Assembly (NCBI GenBank): GCA_000091205.1
Contig: AP006497.2
Direction: 5' to 3' (one strand)
Length of the DNA stretch: 64,000 nt
Source of the DNA: Cyanidioschyzon merolae
Taxonomy: Eukaryota
Position 1 is the stretch's first letter. Each line of letters opens with the position of its first letter. The notes under the pieces were generated by a model. It was not told where the DNA came from and made no database searches. It saw only the letters and a program-made list of their open reading frames with translations. Below, one piece after another: positions 42,699 to 54,673 of the stretch. The position numbers and the translations under genes are program-made.

Positions 42699-45600
42699 GC
42701 GGCCATCATGCGAACTTCACTATCGTACGTCCTGCTTGCAAGATGCGTGCCATTTCCACCCGGTGGACTCCGAGTGCTCTCGATACGTTCGTTGACAAGT
42801 CGGCACGACGAACGATGCCTGCGACCTTTGCTCTGGGATGGAAACTGAGCCGTCTCTGAATGTTGCAGCGGGCAGGGTCGAACGGCGATTTCCAGCACCG
42901 CTTGCAGTGCTGCTCGCTTTGAGGCTGTGACGCGTGCTCCTTTCATAAAGATGACTTTTGTTTCGCTTGGTACTGGGTCCATGGATCGAAGCAGGTTTCC
43001 CCAGAAGTACGGCTGCTGTGGGGATCCGCAATGGTTACCGCCCTTCCCCGAGAAACGTTCCTGTGCTGTCCAGGCACCAGGCCTGTCTTTCTGTCGAGAA
43101 GTTAGATTGCGTCGATGACCGTCCGGGTCAGATGCCTCATAGGTTGTCGCTGGACATGCTGCTGCGCAGGTAGGGTGCACGTCATTGTCTTTGCAGAAAG
43201 GCAAAATTCGGTGAATGCCGACCCTCGCATTCGAAACGGATTTTGGCTCGGTTTCCATATCGAAAACGATGTTCTGCAAGCGAACATCAATAAGTACTGT
43301 GGTGGACGTCTCTGATACCCGATTCGGAGAACGCTGGTGACGAACCTGGCCCTCGTGACTGTTGCTCTGTGTGGATGCTCGCGGTACCGCTTAGCAGGTA
43401 GCATCGCGTGCTGATCGCCAGCGAAGAGGACGAACACTGCACACCTCGTACACATGGTGTGCGTGGTGCCCACTGGAAGTACTGCACTCGTCGAATGCAT
43501 CGTAGACATGGTGCGCATCCTTTTCGTAGAGCACGGTCGATGCATCAACATGAATGATCGCAGAAGCACCGGTGCTGTCCGTAACCAGGAAACACAGTGT
43601 TGTTCTTCCCTGTACGACGCAACGCTAGTACCGCTCCAGTCCAGTGCTCCCCAATGGGGTAGAGGCATGGTGCAGGCAGTCGCCTGCTGGTCGCCGAGTC
43701 TACCGTAAGCGCCTTCTCCGGCATTGCATGCTTTTTCCTAGTCGTCGCACAGAGAAACAGAGAGAGCACCAGAGCACTATCGGGTGATGTCAACAGGGCG
43801 ACAACGCCCATGTACAGGGGCGCGTAGTCCTTCGGGTCTCGGTCTGTATCGACGGGTGCATTCGCGTGTGAGGTCGTCTGCGAACACTGACACATGAATA
43901 GGCCCGGTTCCGCATTCACGTGATATCCGGGCCACTTTGGTTCGATGCAGAGGCTATCGGAGGCATATCGACGGTCGCCGAGGTCTGCTGCACAACGCTG
44001 CGACTATAGAGCGGTGGTATCGCGACGTCCGCAGGACGCAAAGCATTGGCTCCAGAAGAGGCAAACGCATACGAGTGTGTGGGCGTTACCTCCGAGCGGC
44101 GACAGCGAATCCTCAGGGACAGGCGTACGCTTCGCTGATCACGCTGCAAAGGAAACACAGCGAGTATGCACTGGCGACCGTCAAGGACGCGTGACCTCGA
44201 GAATTTTCGTGTGCGATACCGCACGACGATACTCCCGTCGCTCTGCATTCTCGACAACCATGATATCCAGAATTTACCCAGGCAAGGATCCACGACGACA
44301 GCCTATCTCCCTGTCTGCGTGCTTCCGTGAATCAGCGACATACGCCAGGCACGATCGTTCACAGGCATTGAAGCAATCATCAACACCTTGGCTGGTAACC
44401 TACCCGTTCCAAACATGGAACAATTCTTCACATCTAGATTTTGTTCTTGTGGCGGTTTTGTTTCCGCCTCTTTCGGTGTTTGTGTTTGTTCATTTTCAAC
44501 TTGCGTTTTTTCAAAACGGAGGCGCAGTCCATGTTGGCCTCATCTTCGAGGCAGGTGAGCTTGCATTGTGACTCTCGCGAGCCCTGAAGACCCGCAGATA
44601 TCCATCGTCGAGACGAGTCGTATCCTGCGCAGAGCAACAATGTCAAGTCCAGCCTGGAAAGCGGTTGAGCGAACGGAGCCTTCGATGCGTAAACCTCGGG
44701 TACCGGTGACCCGGGCGCTATCCAACAGTCGTTGCCGACCGCCGGGCTGTGGAGCCTGGTTACAGTCCTTGGGCCAGTACGGGTGAGACCGTCCAAAGGA
44801 AAGCGTGTTCCCCTGCGAGTGCAGTTGCAAGGTGGTGCTTGCTTGAGGAACTGTGGCCAGAAAGCGAGCAGGTTCCAACGCCAAGCTCGCAGGAGGAGGT
44901 CACGCATCCGACACGCTGCACCAGCCACCCGGTCCTTCGGGATAGAACACGGCCTTTACCCGATAAGCGGCAACGCGATCAAGCTAGTTGGTCCACCTTT
45001 GTATTTCTACAAGGGTCTGGGCCCTACCGCACGCTGTGACACGCCACAGGTGCCACGTCTTCGTCCGCTCCAAGTGCCAACGCCGTGCACCAAACCGGGT
45101 AGACGTTATCCAGGCAGCGGGTACGGACTGCACAACGCAATAGCGGTTTATGCGAAGTGAAAGCTCGTCGCCCTAAACAGAGAACGTAGAAGAGAACGGC
45201 TGTGCGCTTTGCACCCGCGCTCGAGAGTACACACGACAGGCGTGTCAGGTGGAAATGGATTAGTTCCCGTCTTTCGATTTTTTCTGAACTTCCGTCTGGA
45301 TGGACAGCCCCGGTAATCGAAAAGCCAAAATAGAGGCTTATGGATGCACACGTAGTTTCAGGATTCTGCGTCGCGTTCTTTTTTTCCGGAATAACTGCCT
45401 CGACGCTGTGTCGGAGGCATTCGTTAGGTCACTGGTGTCAACTTGTGTCTCAAGGCGCTCGAACTAGGATTCGTAAAATGACCGATATCATTACCCGATT
45501 CATACGAACAAGTGTCCACCCTGCTCCTATATTTGTCCAGCATGCTCCATTCATGCATTCTTTGGTTTTCCAATTTTTCCAGTCCAAGGCAACAAGTGGG

Positions 45601-47952
45601 TGCAGCTGTTTGCGATAGCGGATTAACGAGGTTCGATGATCGTCGGCATCGTTCCTCGAGGACTTGTTCAACGGTTCGCGTCAAAATGCCACTGAACCCT
45701 GTAATGTCAAATGACAGGTTCCGTTTGGAAAACAAAGCCTTCTCTCTTTCTGGCCATCTCCGAGATGCCATTCGACATCAGCATGGTATCTACCTTGGAA
45801 AATGCTCGCAGAGGCGCCCGTCTCTTCTGTTTATATGGAACAGAGTCTTGCACTCGGCCTTGATTCGTCTTGGCGATCGCTGGCAGAGGAGCGGGCGTCA
45901 CAAGTTTGCACGAAGACAGCGTCGAAAGATCGAGATTTCTCGATATCACCTCTGGGCCAGATATCCCTTCCTTCACCTGTCCCTTGACGTGTACCGCCAC
46001 GTTCCTGAAACCCTTTATCGACTGGAACAGCGTTCGTTTGCTTGTACAGCGGACTGTGTACACGTCGAGCGGATCATCAAGAAGAAACCCTTAATGGTAT
46101 CGTTCAGCACCGGGCGTGGGAGCGGAGAAGAGAATCGGTGCGAGCCTTCTGTACCCGTCAAGGGCATCTGCCGAGCGATAATGAGAGCGTTCACGCGCCA
46201 AAGAGCAAGCCCCTGAGGAGAATGTGTTGTTGTTGGCATGTGGAAAGACCTGACCACAGGCATCTATAATCGCCTCGATGGGCGTCCTGCGGCTGTATAC
46301 AACGAAGATGAAAACATGGCAAGCGAAGCGTAGGTCGTAACCCCCCTCTGTTCATGACATGCATCGGCAGTAGCCGGAAGCAGCGTACTCGGGGCTTTGA
46401 CGCAACCATCAGCAACCTTCGGCTGCTCCCGATGGAGCTGGGGCGAAACGAGACACCAGCATATTCAAAGCTGTACATTCGGAAAAAGAAGCAGTCGCAG
46501 AAAAACCCCGTAAAGGTTGGCGTTCATGAAACTGGGAACAAACCCAGCCTTTAGAATGTACGTGCGAGTTAGAGGAACCGTCCAATTGTTATGCTCCTAA
46601 ATCTATAGATACGAAGAGTGTCTCCTCATTTTCGCATTGTGATTGAACAAAGTGAACGCTAGTGTAGACGGACAGGTCAGCTGCTCTCTTTCGGTTCGCA
46701 GCTGGTTCCGTATTCTCACCAGCCTGACGTTCATTTGCTGTATGAACTTGTTTGCTCCCAGAGTAGCGTTTATGTATCGGTACCAGCTATTCGTATCTGC
46801 TTTCGAGCGGGTGTTTCAGCAGGTCAACTGCGAGGGTGTGCGGATCCCGCTGCAGCTAACGGGTTTCCGCACTGCACTTGAGCCGTCGCAAACTTGCCAA
46901 TAAACCGTCAGCCGCTGGTTCGAATGCTTCCGGACTCCAGCAGGTAGCCCTCTGTTCGCGCGCGTCCTGCACTGCATTCGCTGGTATCATATGCGGCGGG
47001 CGTACCAGGGACGTTTTGGACAGAGAATGACGGCTTGAGCGGAAACGAACCCCCGACGACGGGCCCGAGCGTGCACAGTCGTGGAATGTTGGATCGCGAT
47101 ACCTCGACGATCGCTCTTTGGCAGGGTTGCGAGACTTTCCTCGCCGCTTTGTACTGTCGAGACAACAGCTGGATACTCGGTCACAACCCTGGACTTGAAT
47201 GCTGCATTCGTCAGGACAACGACAATGCAGCCAGCGTGCGCATGAGGCACCGAGAAGCCACAAATCGCTCCGAAAGTACCGACATACACGGAACTCGCCG
47301 ACTCGGTGCAGTACCGCGAAAAAGGCCCTCGCTTCGGTGCACCATCATGTGAATGCGTTCACGACGAGAACATAAGTACAAGACCCAGTACCAAAAGAAC
47401 TTGGTGCCTACACTGAAAGCTCGTTATCGAAGTCGCAAAATCAGCGCCTCAAGCTCTCACTTGGATGAATGTCCGAATGAACTGGGCATTTGCCTCCATC
47501 CTGGACGCGTCTCTATCGGTTCAACGTGAGAGCATATGCATACGCTCACTGGGCCGCGCTCCTTCAACGACGGCAACAAGACCTGGTCAATGAGTACTCG
47601 TGCCTGTGCAGCCCTGATTCCACACGAGACCACAATCGTCCATTTTCGGGCTCTTCACCCAGGACAAGGTATCTTCAAGACGCCATGCACAGAGAGGGCA
47701 AGCGCAGCGACGCAGCGTGCATCCATCTGGAGAAAGAAAATGGAATGCTCGCCTGTACCGGCATCAGCTGCATCCACCGAGAATGCCCTCGCCACTCAAC
47801 CGAACGATCGAGCTGTGGTACGCCATTGCGAGCCTTCAACAGAGACTCGGATCGTTGCTTACGGCATCGCACACGATTTCATCGCGAGCCAGTACTCCTT
47901 GTGACTCTGGCTCGACATGCAGCGTTCAGCTGCTCTGCTGTGCGGATGTTAG

Positions 47953-48912
47953 TTACCCAACACTGTCAGATGGTGCCGGTGTCATCGATGATGGTTGCGC
48001 ATCTTGGGACGCTCTTCGTAGCTGATGTTGTCGTTTCAGTAAATACTTTTGCAGGTGACTTCGTACTTGCTTGTTGTCACGCGTTCCAATGCGTTCGCTC
48101 ATAAGGCTTACATTGTATCGGCCATCCTCTGTTCGGCAGGATGGATCGTGAACAAGTTCGAGAAACTTGGCATGCTCCTCAGGTGTCCAGTGGCGATTCA
48201 TCGTTTCCGAACGGATGCGCTTTCTTCGAATGCTACCTGCTGTGGGCGTCTCCGAGGGTGCCTCCAGGGCATCCTTTCTGGCCATGGCAGCAGCACCGAT
48301 TGCCATCTTTGCTGCAATGCTGGCTGCTGCATTGGAGCCCACGTGGCGCGGAATCTGTGCCCGAGCTTGCAGCTCCTGTGCAGCAGCTGCTTTTTCTGTA
48401 GCGGCGATGGTATTCGCCGCAGCGATGCCTGCTAACCCAGGTGTATTGGCCGGTTGATGGTCCGCCACTGTCGCCAGATATACCAGGTTGGCATGCAGAC
48501 GGCTTCCTAGTGCTGCGCAGTGTTCAATACGGCCCAGTTCTTGTGCAGCGCATATGGCCCGAATCAAGTCATAGTTTTCATCCAAAATAAGTTGAATAGC
48601 GTCCGTCGTGAGCAGCGGAAACGGCGGTCGTGTCGTTGGGTTTTGGAGCGTCGATAACAGATGCGCCGCTGCCTGCTGCTGGGTCGTGACGCCTTCCCCG
48701 TCGCGCGGTGTGGCGCCCCCCGCTGCGGAGCACTGACTCCTGGACCTCGTGCCCGTCGAAGTGTCCATTTCTAACGTTATATGCTCTGTCACAACGTCTT
48801 CATGAACACTAGGCGACGAGGACGTTGCACAAAAAGACGTCGCCGTCAAAGTAGGTGTTTGCTGACCTCCTGACCCGTGAGCCGCAGCACCGGGAGCACT
48901 GCCGTTGTCCAT
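47953..48912 (-). CDS. Protein with an SS18/GIF-type SNH domain followed by a C-terminal Myb/SANT-like (SHAQKYF-class) domain, 319 aa from the ATG at 48912. The track ORF extends to a TTG at 49041.
   Basis: The SNH reads TTDAIQLILDENYDLIRAICAAQELGRIEHCAALGSRLHANLVYLATVADHQP (compare GIF/SS18 IQKYLDENKQLILAILENQNLGKLAECAQYQAQLQKNLMYLAAIADAQP). The Myb-like domain reads RHWTPEEHAKFLELVHDPSCRTEDGRYNVSLMSERIGTRDNKQVRSHLQKY. The Ala/Gln-rich middle is encoded partly by GCA/GCT repeats. Confidence 0.7.
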   Translation of the reverse strand: MDNGSAPGAAAHGSGGQQTPTLTATSFCATSSSPSVHEDVVTEHITLEMDTSTGTRSRSQCSAAGGATPRDGEGVTTQQQAAAHLLSTLQNPTTRPPFPLLTTDAIQLILDENYDLIRAICAAQELGRIEHCAALGSRLHANLVYLATVADHQPANTPGLAGIAAANTIAATEKAAAAQELQARAQIPRHVGSNAAASIAAKMAIGAAAMARKDALEAPSETPTAGSIRRKRIRSETMNRHWTPEEHAKFLELVHDPSCRTEDGRYNVSLMSERIGTRDNKQVRSHLQKYLLKRQHQLRRASQDAQPSSMTPAPSDSVG

Positions 48913-49489
48913 AAGCGCTCTGAGAAATCCAAGACCAGACAAGGTCAGAGGACAGCTCCCAGTGCGGCTTCTTTCACGCGACAAGAGGCCTGAGCGGAAA
49001 ACCTTGGATAGAGCCCTGCAATCGCACCGGCGCCGCTGCAAGGCGTCTACGCGACGTCAAACAGACAGTGCGCGAGCTCGCACCTGTAGCTTAACTTGAG
49101 CACGTCACGCTTGATGAGTGCGTAACCAGCTGGGTCAACTGCCCCGGCTCTGCTGGTACCGCAACACGAACGCGTAACGAACGAATGAATAAATGCAGGA
49201 AATGAAAATGTGCGCATTGCGCGCCACTAGGCAGCGCCAGGCGTACCAAGCGCGTACTGTAAAGAAAAAAAGAACAGAAACGAAACAGTAACTAGCAACG
49301 AGATAACATTTTCTTTCCCGTCTAGGACAAGCCTTAAAAGGGAGAAGAGGTTTCCGGGTTATCGAACGTTTCCTTCCTAGACGGAAGGCCCGCGATCCGG
49401 ACGAGTGTGCTGGGCTCGTGCTTCATGCTCTCTCCGGTTGCGGGCGCTGTAGTGAGATCTGAGCAGCTCCTCCGCAACGCAGTTTATTC

Positions 49490-49905
49490 TAGGAGCGGAC
49501 TACTGCATGTGGGCGTCGCGCTGGTCGCAATGGACTCCCAGTCCATCGCTCCCTGCCACCGCAGGCAACAGGTCTGTCTGCGCATTTCGCAGGATCCCAA
49601 CATGTTATTGAACCCCGATTCTGTGTCGGGTGAAGCATTCCGTGATTCGGCGCCCTCAGCGGTATGAAAAAGCCCTCCAGTCGCCGTGATGCACCTGTTC
49701 CAGCGGTGTAGGCGATATGGCTGGAGCTCAAAGCAGGCTCAGTGAACGATAGAACGTACTGAACGACCAGTACATCCGAAAGAAAGTACAAGTAATGGAA
49801 CGTGGAGAGAGGGTGCAACATGGTAGTCGTTTTACCGATCATCAAATTCCATACCGCATCCCGGAACATACGTGGTCAATGGAAATCTTTTGTCATCGGA
49901 AAGAG
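49490..49905 (+). mobile_element. 5'-truncated non-LTR retrotransposon 3'-end copy (C3, diverged subfamily). It sits immediately 5' of a second truncated copy, giving a nested or tandem insertion.
   Basis: It aligns with C1, C2, C4 and the LINE 3' end. Its tail (...gtggtcaatggaaatcttttgtcatcggaaagagaa) abuts the 5' end of fragment B at about 49905. Confidence 0.55.
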
Positions 49906-50475
49906 AATACCTTCTAGGCAAAAGGTCCAGCGAATCGGATGCGCATACGGGTTTCGTGCGCTTTCTGTGCTTACCTTCTGTGGTGGGTGTCACGCACAAA
50001 CCCGCATTGCCAACCGACAACAATGCATTCCATGCATGATCACGAAGGAGAGAGGCCGCTCCCAGGATATATCCTAACAGCCAAGTTTCTCCAGGGTGTC
50101 GTGCAGCGAAGACAAGCCTGCATCCGCAGACTCTCCGAGCACGAACAGACGATGAGACCCGATTCTACGTCGGATGAACCACGCCTCAAGCCGACGCCCT
50201 CTGTAGTATAGCAACGCCGTTCTGTCTCCGTGCAGCGACCGCACCGGCGCTATAGGCGCTATTGCTGTCGCTTTCGGCAGGCTCGGCACACGATAGGACG
50301 TATGAAACGACCAGAATATCTGAGACGAAGTATAGGTAATGGATCTTGAGTGTAGGGGGTTGATGGATACCTCATTGCGCACTGAAAAAAAGAGAAAAAA
50401 GTAAGAAAAGAAAAATGCACATTATCGGAGAACGCTGGTCCATGGAAACGTTTTGTCAATGAAAAAGAAATCGCA
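49905..50475 (+). mobile_element. 5'-truncated copy (about 570 bp) of the same LINE subfamily as the 35.7-39.3 kb element (fragment B).
   Basis: It is near-identical by eye to 38740-39300: ...aaaggtccagcgaatcggatgcg.a.acgggttt..., shared ORF2 C-terminal peptide CQPTT(T/M)HSMHDHEGER(R/P)LPGYI.TA.FLQ.VVQRRQACIRRLS, and shared tail acacgataggacgtatgaaacgacc.gaatatc.gaga.gaagtataggtaatgga...agtaagaaaagaaaaatgc.ca.tatcggagaacgctgg. Confidence 0.75.
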
Positions 50476-50568
50476 AAGAGAATCGCCGTAGCGTGCAGCG
50501 CGTCGATTGCGCATATCTATTTCGACGTGCTCCTGCTGCTTTTGGCTGTTAAAGTGCTCGCCACTGCT

Positions 50569-51075
50569 ATGCCGAACCCACGTGTGTATCTCGATATAGA
50601 AATCAACAAAAGCCCTGCAGGCAAGATCGTTTGCGAGTTGTTCGCTGATACCGTGCCGAAGACAGCTGAAAACTTCCGGCAGTTCTGTACGGGAGAGTCG
50701 AAAAAGGCGGCAGGGGGAAGCTACGAAGGGTGTCCTTTCCATAGGATCATTCCCGGTTTCATGATGCAAGGCGGAGACTACGAGAGAAAGAACGGCACTG
50801 GAGGGCGGAGCATCTACGGTGGCAAGTTTCCGGACGAGAACTTTACGCATCGGCACACCGGACGGGGGTTGCTCTCCATGGCAAATGCAGGCAAGGACAC
50901 GAATGGTAGCCAGTTTTTCATCACGTTCGCGCAAACGCCTTGGCTTGACGGGAAGCACGTCGTTTTTGGGAAAGTTGTTGAAGGGCTCGAGGTCCTTGAC
51001 AAGGTCGAGGCTGTAGGGAGTCGCTCGGGGACACCCACCGCAAGTGTGGTGATCGCATCCTGTGGCCAGCTGTGA
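50569..51075 (+). CDS. Cyclophilin-type peptidyl-prolyl cis-trans isomerase (CypA-like), 168 aa. The track ORF begins at a GTG at 50527.
   Basis: ATG verified at 50569. [43 protein letters not shown]...[43 protein letters not shown]...[56 protein letters not shown] is collinear with human PPIA. Confidence 0.95.
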   Translation: MPNPRVYLDIEINKSPAGKIVCELFADTVPKTAENFRQFCTGESKKAAGGSYEGCPFHRIIPGFMMQGGDYERKNGTGGRSIYGGKFPDENFTHRHTGRGLLSMANAGKDTNGSQFFITFAQTPWLDGKHVVFGKVVEGLEVLDKVEAVGSRSGTPTASVVIASCGQL

Positions 51076-52913
51076 GCGTGTATCGTGTCTGAACCGTCCG
51101 TCTTCTTGACGCAGAGGTTGCCACTGACCATCCAGGATACTCTAATACATAAAGGACAAGTGTAATATCCGAATGAGCTTGTCAGACGCAGGTCGGTCGC
51201 GGAGTGTGACGCTTGTCGCGCCCCTCCGTGCAAGGTTCAGCGATATCGCCACAAGCGTTCCACTAGCGGGCGTTTATGTTTGCCGTGGCCTGCTTCACCA
51301 TGCAGTCATTACCATTTGTCATGGTGATCCTAAAACCTCATTGGTGGTGTCGACTCTGGCATGCGCTGATTCTATAGCAAAGTATCTCGTCTAGGGCGCA
51401 TGCCCGACTGAAAAAGATTTCAAAACGAGGCCGGACCGATGATCCCGACCATAAACGTCCCGGATGGGCTCATATCGCCTGCAACCAAAAAACTTATGTC
51501 AGCGACGCAGCCGTCACCTGAACGCTCTGCGAACAATGGAACCAGGTTGCGCCAAAGGTCGTAGACCTGACGGATCCAAAGACCCTGCAACTGCCGAGCC
51601 TATGAAGAGGTCGCCCGGATTCGGAACCGCTGTTCTGCGGATGCCCACCCGAGGGACAGCACCGGCAGCGGCAAACCGTTTCTTCATCAGGCAATGCTTG
51701 GTACAGGCGTACGAGCCATGCTGAGCTGCTAACGAAAAGCTCGGCAATTTGACAGAGCCGCTGCCGCCGCGGACAATGGTTGCGCGCCTGATGCATAGAG
51801 TCATCATGATTTGGCGTCGTTTTCACCTATGTCTGAACTCGACGCCTCTTGACCCGGGATTCCTCTGAATGGATGTCGGACGGAGCTCCGCGCAAGCACA
51901 TGCTGCAGCCCAGAACGCGCGATGCCAGCAGCAGCGCGACCCCGCACCAGTGTACGCTCAGCGCGTACGAGGCGTGGCTCGGGGACGCTGCGTCGCGCTT
52001 TCCCCAGTCAGGCCAGTTATCCGCCGTTTTTTCCAGTCGTCATCCGTTGGCAGCAGCTCATGTGCATCATTCCCAGACATATACAAAGTATCTGGAACCA
52101 GTCCTGCAAAAAGATAGTCAATTCGATGCTCACGTGACTCGCGTATCGCTCTAGCAATAGTATCGCAGATCGGGGCTCCCGGTAGCGTTGGTGCTGCACC
52201 CGCAACTCGGGGTCTCTATTTCTCGATGGATGAGAAGGAAACGAGTGCGTGTCGCAGCTCCTGAAAGAACGCACGATCTCCGACATATCAGCGAATCCAT
52301 TCAGTAGGCATACGGGTTTCATCCCATGATCCGCTCGCAAACAGCTATCCTAGCAGTATGCGCCTAGCGCTCGAACGATGCAGCTTCGTGCTGGTTCGCG
52401 TCCATGCTCCAGGAAAGCGCGCACAGGGCGCAAGGCGATCGACGACCTTCGACCCGCTACGATGGCGCGTACAGCGCACACTGTCACGTGACCGAACGCC
52501 ACACATCGGCGTGATCGCCGTCTGCGCTGCGCCCGTGCTATCGCCGCCGTTGTGCACGACGGCAGCGTACGGATGGTTGGGGCGTAAATGTACATGGATG
52601 TTTATGAAGATACAAGAATTGGGGAGGGATACGTTTGAAGATACTGGAATTAATGTCGAGGGCGGAGGCCGGGCGCGCAGTGTCCCTTCCGCTGCGCCGC
52701 GCCGCGCCGCCCCGCCCGACCTGCTTCGCTACGCGCAAGTGCAACGATCGCTAAGCGCTTGTTGCGACCTTGGCATTCGCTCAACGTACCTGGAGGGGCA
52801 GGGCACTCAGTGGGTCTGCTCCTTTGATTGCGCTTTTGCGCGGAGAGTACCCGAGTACACTTCGGTTTCTGCTGTCGGTTCTGAGTCTTCCGTGGGCATT
52901 GTTGAACTGGTCT

Positions 52914-53459
52914 ATGCCGTTTAAACAATATGTTGTTGTGGGCAGGCGGTTGCCGGAACAGCAGCTCGTCAAGGGCGCAGTGGACGACACGCTCTACAAG
53001 ATGGTTATTTACGCGCCAGATCCTGTTAAGGCAAAGTCGAAATACTACTACTTTCTGTCGCAGCTACTGAAAACAAAGCGATCAACTGCGGAAGTGGTGG
53101 CTATTACGGAGGTCAAGGAGCGCGACACGACGCGCGTGAAGAACTACACCATTTGGTTGCGGTATCGGAGCCGCACCGGCCAGGTGAATATGCTGAAGGA
53201 GACTCGTGCAACATCTGTTGCCGGAGCAGTCGAGAATATATACCAAGAGATGGCTGGGAGGCACCGGGCACGAGCTGAGTCCATTCAGATTCTCCGCGTT
53301 CAGGAGACGCCAAGCAGTCAGTGCAAGCGTCCGGCAACGCTACAGCTTATTGACCCGCAGCTTCGATTTCCACTGCCTCGTCAACGCCAGAGAGCATCGA
53401 AGCAATCGCTTCGAACAACGTTCAAGGCGAAACTACCGGTGACCACGATAACCAAGTGA
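52914..53459 (+). CDS. RPL18A: 60S ribosomal protein L18a (eL20), 181 aa. The track ORF begins at 52770.
   Basis: ATG verified at 52914. MPFKQYVVVGRRLPEQ...YKMVIYAPDPVKAKSKYYYFLSQLLKTKRSTAEVV...RVKNYTIWLRYRSRTGQVNMLKETRATSVAGAVENIYQEMAGRHRARAESIQILRVQE...CKRPATLQLIDPQLRFPLP matches human RPL18A (REYKVVGRCLP...[35 protein letters not shown]...[58 protein letters not shown]). Confidence 0.9.
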   Translation: MPFKQYVVVGRRLPEQQLVKGAVDDTLYKMVIYAPDPVKAKSKYYYFLSQLLKTKRSTAEVVAITEVKERDTTRVKNYTIWLRYRSRTGQVNMLKETRATSVAGAVENIYQEMAGRHRARAESIQILRVQETPSSQCKRPATLQLIDPQLRFPLPRQRQRASKQSLRTTFKAKLPVTTITK

Positions 53460-53482
53460 GAACAGCTCGGCAAACAGCTAGT

Positions 53483-54673
53483 TTACAGTGGACGCGCAGT
53501 GGAGCTTGATGAAGCAGGCAGCTTAAGCCATTGTCTCATTTTTTCGTAGACTGCGAAACTGATGCCAACAGTGGGCGCTGCTTTGATAAAGTTAAGACTG
53601 AGTCCGCGATAGAGCGCCCGAACGCCTTCGGCACGCACGATACTGTAAATGGTGGAAACGACGCCTTGGCTGGGGATCCGCGGCTGCCGCTGGATAAACC
53701 TGCTCTGCTTTCGATCAACCTTGGTTTCCCACGCGTCCATGTTGTCACCAGCAGCAGCAGGAGCAGCAGCAGCAACATCAAAGTCCGTTGTTCGATGATG
53801 ATGATGATAATGATCCCAGCAGTGCGCTCGGCGGCGTACCGTTTCCAGCGGGTATGCTGCGCTCTGGCCAATAAGGCCGGCGCTGCCGCCACAGACCAGC
53901 GCGGATAAAGTTGGATAACGTTCCGCAAAGCCATTGTTTTGCGCCAGTTGCCGCAGGACGCCATACATGTAAAAGTTGATGCCTGCATATGGTATGATGC
54001 CAACGAGCGTTGCGGAGAGCCCACTGTACAAGCCACGCACACCGCCCCGTCGAAAGAGTGAACAAAGTGCGTCAAGGATACTGTGGTAGATCATACCGGG
54101 ATGTGCACCCCCGGAGAGCGCCACCGCCTGGGCAGCGAGGCGCGTACGTACGAGGTCCAGCGGATAGGTGGCCACGACGGCCGTGGAGCCCGCCAGAGCA
54201 CCCGCCAGAAACCGGAGGAAAGGTGGCGACTGCGACGAAGATGCGGCACTCTGCTGGTGCCTCCATCCACGAGCCAACATTCGGGACAGAAGCTCATGAT
54301 ATTTTTCAAAGGCTGTAAACTGTATCGCTGCGTAGGGAAAGATGCGGGTCAGAGTCGCGCTGTTTCCGCGAAAAAAACCGCGCAAACCCTCTTCTATGTA
54401 GATACTCCGAACAGTTTGCGGTATGGAGGAGTACGCACGCGCACCTCCATGCAGTTTCGAGACCTGAAGGAGGATTTTGACACGATCGAACGGGGCTACT
54501 GCAGTCTTCGCGACAGCTCCAGCTGTTCCACCCGCCAATAACGTTTTCAATAGCGTGACTGCGCGCTGCACTTCGCGAGTCTCTGGTTGAGAAGTCGGGC
54601 CCACGAAACTCCGGTGCACGGGTTTTGTCCTTGGCCGAGCGTGCGTGCGTGCATCTGCTGAATTTTCGTCCAT
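53483..54673 (-). CDS. Mitochondrial carrier family (SLC25) protein of about 396 aa with a His-rich and a Leu-rich low-complexity insert. The start is taken at the ATG at 54673; the track ORF begins one codon upstream on a TTG.
   Basis: Three carrier repeats with the signature LLAGGTAGAVAKTAVAPFDRVKILLQV, ...FLAGALAGSTAVVATYPLDLVRTRLAAQ and ...LVCGGSAGLIGQSAAYPLETVRRR (P.D/E..K/R motifs). The inserts HCWDHYHHHHRTTDFDVAAAAPAAAG and an L8 run are encoded by the (GAT)n and (CAG)n tracts at 53797-53813 and 53750-53774. The stop lies only 23 bp from the RPL18A stop, so the 3' ends are convergent. Confidence 0.85.
   Translation of the reverse strand: MDENSADARTHARPRTKPVHRSFVGPTSQPETREVQRAVTLLKTLLAGGTAGAVAKTAVAPFDRVKILLQVSKLHGGARAYSSIPQTVRSIYIEEGLRGFFRGNSATLTRIFPYAAIQFTAFEKYHELLSRMLARGWRHQQSAASSSQSPPFLRFLAGALAGSTAVVATYPLDLVRTRLAAQAVALSGGAHPGMIYHSILDALCSLFRRGGVRGLYSGLSATLVGIIPYAGINFYMYGVLRQLAQNNGFAERYPTLSALVCGGSAGLIGQSAAYPLETVRRRAHCWDHYHHHHRTTDFDVAAAAPAAAGDNMDAWETKVDRKQSRFIQRQPRIPSQGVVSTIYSIVRAEGVRALYRGLSLNFIKAAPTVGISFAVYEKMRQWLKLPASSSSTARPL

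Noticed and set aside
42617-43668. Minus-strand ORFs 42617..43279 and 43102..43668, the former containing IVFDMETE reminiscent of the DEDD exonuclease Exo I motif
   Set aside because: Only the DxE triplet context matches. I could not find Exo II/III motifs or any further collinearity. The evidence is too weak to call a gene, and the 42.7-47.4 kb region stays unassigned.
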